From contig JBHLLP010000046.1 of NCBI GenBank assembly GCA_048885525.1, positions 1-28,280 of the forward strand: a stretch of DNA of 28,280 bases. Direction: 5' to 3'. The translations under genes were made by a program, and so were the position numbers. Shown in pieces: positions 26,879 through 28,280 of this stretch. The notes beneath the pieces are model-generated. The model ran no database searches, was not told the origin of the DNA, and saw only the letters and a program-made list of their open reading frames with translations. The stretch comes from Candidatus Hermodarchaeota archaeon (GTDB taxonomy: Archaea > Asgardarchaeota > Lokiarchaeia > Sigyniarchaeales > SOKP01). The stretch's first letter is position 1; each line of letters opens with the position of its first letter.

Positions 26879-28280
26879 ATGAGTGATTTATTGTGTGTAT
26901 TTGATGTTGGAACAACAGGGTCAAGAACTATTATTTTTGACATCAATGGGCGAGAAATTGCTAGTGCTTATGAAGAATACCCCATCGTCAAACAACCATT
27001 AGGAATCTCAGAGCAAGATCCTCTCGCTTGGTGGAAAGCTACCAAAAATACATGTAAACAAGTTGTTAAAAAAGTAAATATGGAAGATATTATTGGGATA
27101 ACTGGAGGGATCCTTAGAGGAAATGCAACAATAATTGATAAGTATGGAGAAGTATTGCATCCAGTAATGTTATCAATGGATGAGAGAGGAATGGATTTCC
27201 AAGCAGAAGAAGGATTGAGGTTATCGATTTCTAAAATGCTATGGTTGAAAAACGAAAAACCTGACATATTTAATAAGGCTTTTAAAATAATCTTTCCAGA
27301 TACTTATATTTACATGAATTTATGTGGAGAAGATTTATGCATTACGGAACCTACAAATGGGATTTATGGAATAATGAACATGGACACATTAGATTGGGAT
27401 CTAAATCTTTCTAATAAATATGATTTACCAGTTGGTTTATGGCCAGATCTTCACACCCCAGGAGAAATAGTAGGGGAATTATCTAGTAAAGCCGCCAGAG
27501 AACTTGGATTAAAAAGTAATATCCCTGTAGTATTAGGAGGGGGGGATCAACAATGTTCTGCTTTAGGAATGGGAGTAATTAATCCAGGTCAAGCCAAAGT
27601 AACAATGGGGACATATACCATTGTTAATTATGTTATGGGTAATAAACCAGCGAAATTACCTCCTGGAGATATTCCAATCTTCCCACTTCCACATGTAATT
27701 AAAGGAAAATGGATATTAGAAGGGGCTATGCCCGGAACTGGAATTGCATTGAAATGGTTTAAAGATAATTTTTCTCAATTACAAATTAAAGAAAGTGAGG
27801 AGAAAAAGATAAATGTTTATGATGTTTTATGTAAAGAAGCAGAAGATATTAGTCCAGGAAGCGAAGGCTTATTGTTTATACCTTTACAAATGTTTAGAAA
27901 GGGAACATTCCATGGTCTGGGATGGAATCATACCAGGGCTCATATGATCCGTTCAATAATGGAGTCAGCAGCTTTAAGTGCTCAAATGTATTTAGGACTT
28001 ATAGAAGCTGTAGGACGTACAAAAACTCCAGAAATAAAGGCAGATGGCGGTGGAATGAATAGCAGTCTGTGGGCTCAAATTTTGTCCGATGTTATGGATA
28101 AAAAAATTCTCATTCCAAAAGTTAAAGATTGTTCTGCTTTAGGGGCTGCTATTTTAGGTTATTATGGTTTGAAAAAATATAAAAGCTTAAATGATGCGAT
28201 TGGAAAAATGGTTAGATTTGAAAAAGAATTTGAACCAATTAAATCAAATACAAGGATTTACAAGAAACTTAATAGATTAT
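26879..28280 (+). CDS. FGGY-family carbohydrate kinase (xylulokinase-like), truncated by the right edge
   Basis: Manual translation from ATG 26879 gives MSDLLCVFDVGTTGSRTIIFD...EQDPLAWW...LWLKNEKPD...GGGDQQCSALG...DGGG...ALGAAILG. Confidence 0.92.
   Translation, partial: MSDLLCVFDVGTTGSRTIIFDINGREIASAYEEYPIVKQPLGISEQDPLAWWKATKNTCKQVVKKVNMEDIIGITGGILRGNATIIDKYGEVLHPVMLSMDERGMDFQAEEGLRLSISKMLWLKNEKPDIFNKAFKIIFPDTYIYMNLCGEDLCITEPTNGIYGIMNMDTLDWDLNLSNKYDLPVGLWPDLHTPGEIVGELSSKAARELGLKSNIPVVLGGGDQQCSALGMGVINPGQAKVTMGTYTIVNYVMGNKPAKLPPGDIPIFPLPHVIKGKWILEGAMPGTGIALKWFKDNFSQLQIKESEEKKINVYDVLCKEAEDISPGSEGLLFIPLQMFRKGTFHGLGWNHTRAHMIRSIMESAALSAQMYLGLIEAVGRTKTPEIKADGGGMNSSLWAQILSDVMDKKILIPKVKDCSALGAAILGYYGLKKYKSLNDAIGKMVRFEKEFEPIKSNTRIYKKLNRL

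Noticed and set aside
1651-27267. Short track ORFs at 1651, 2068, 2512, 3145, 6145, 6714, 8185, 9816, 10320, 11258, 16151, 20092, 23654, 25494 and 26968
   Set aside because: All are antisense or off-frame shadows of better-supported genes and carry no recognisable motifs.
1-28280. CRISPR array or insertion sequence
   Set aside because: No regularly spaced repeats, cas genes or transposase ORFs were found by eye.

Overview
AT-rich archaeal chromosomal window, most likely from an Asgard archaeon (Lokiarchaeia/Promethearchaeota-like). This is inferred from an archaeal-type SRP RNA, Hel308- and Hef-type helicases, GGTGA/GGAG ribosome-binding sites and many small lineage-type hypothetical genes; no database search was possible. 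From left to right: 5' part of the SRP (7S) RNA (minus strand, cut by the window edge), small hypotheticals, an Ldh_2/ComC-family dehydrogenase, a GNAT-like protein, an ~8-TM membrane protein, a PP-loop amidotransferase-like protein and a GNAT-DUF998 fusion. The most interesting element follows: a tightly coupled minus-strand membrane operon (9048-17179). It encodes an HhH + Regnase/NYN-type PIN nuclease + 2TM protein, a 4TM protein, a HEPN-like 2TM protein, a large membrane-anchored HerA/VirB4-like protein with degenerate Walker motifs (split by one extra base in an A9 run) and a small helical protein. A structured GC-richer element lies in the divergent gap. Next come a Hel308-like helicase with a SWIM insertion, a FkbM methyltransferase (also split in an A-run), a pair of small paralogues, a Hef/FANCM helicase with a degenerate nuclease domain and a partial FGGY sugar kinase. 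No CRISPR array, tRNA, rRNA or transposase was seen.
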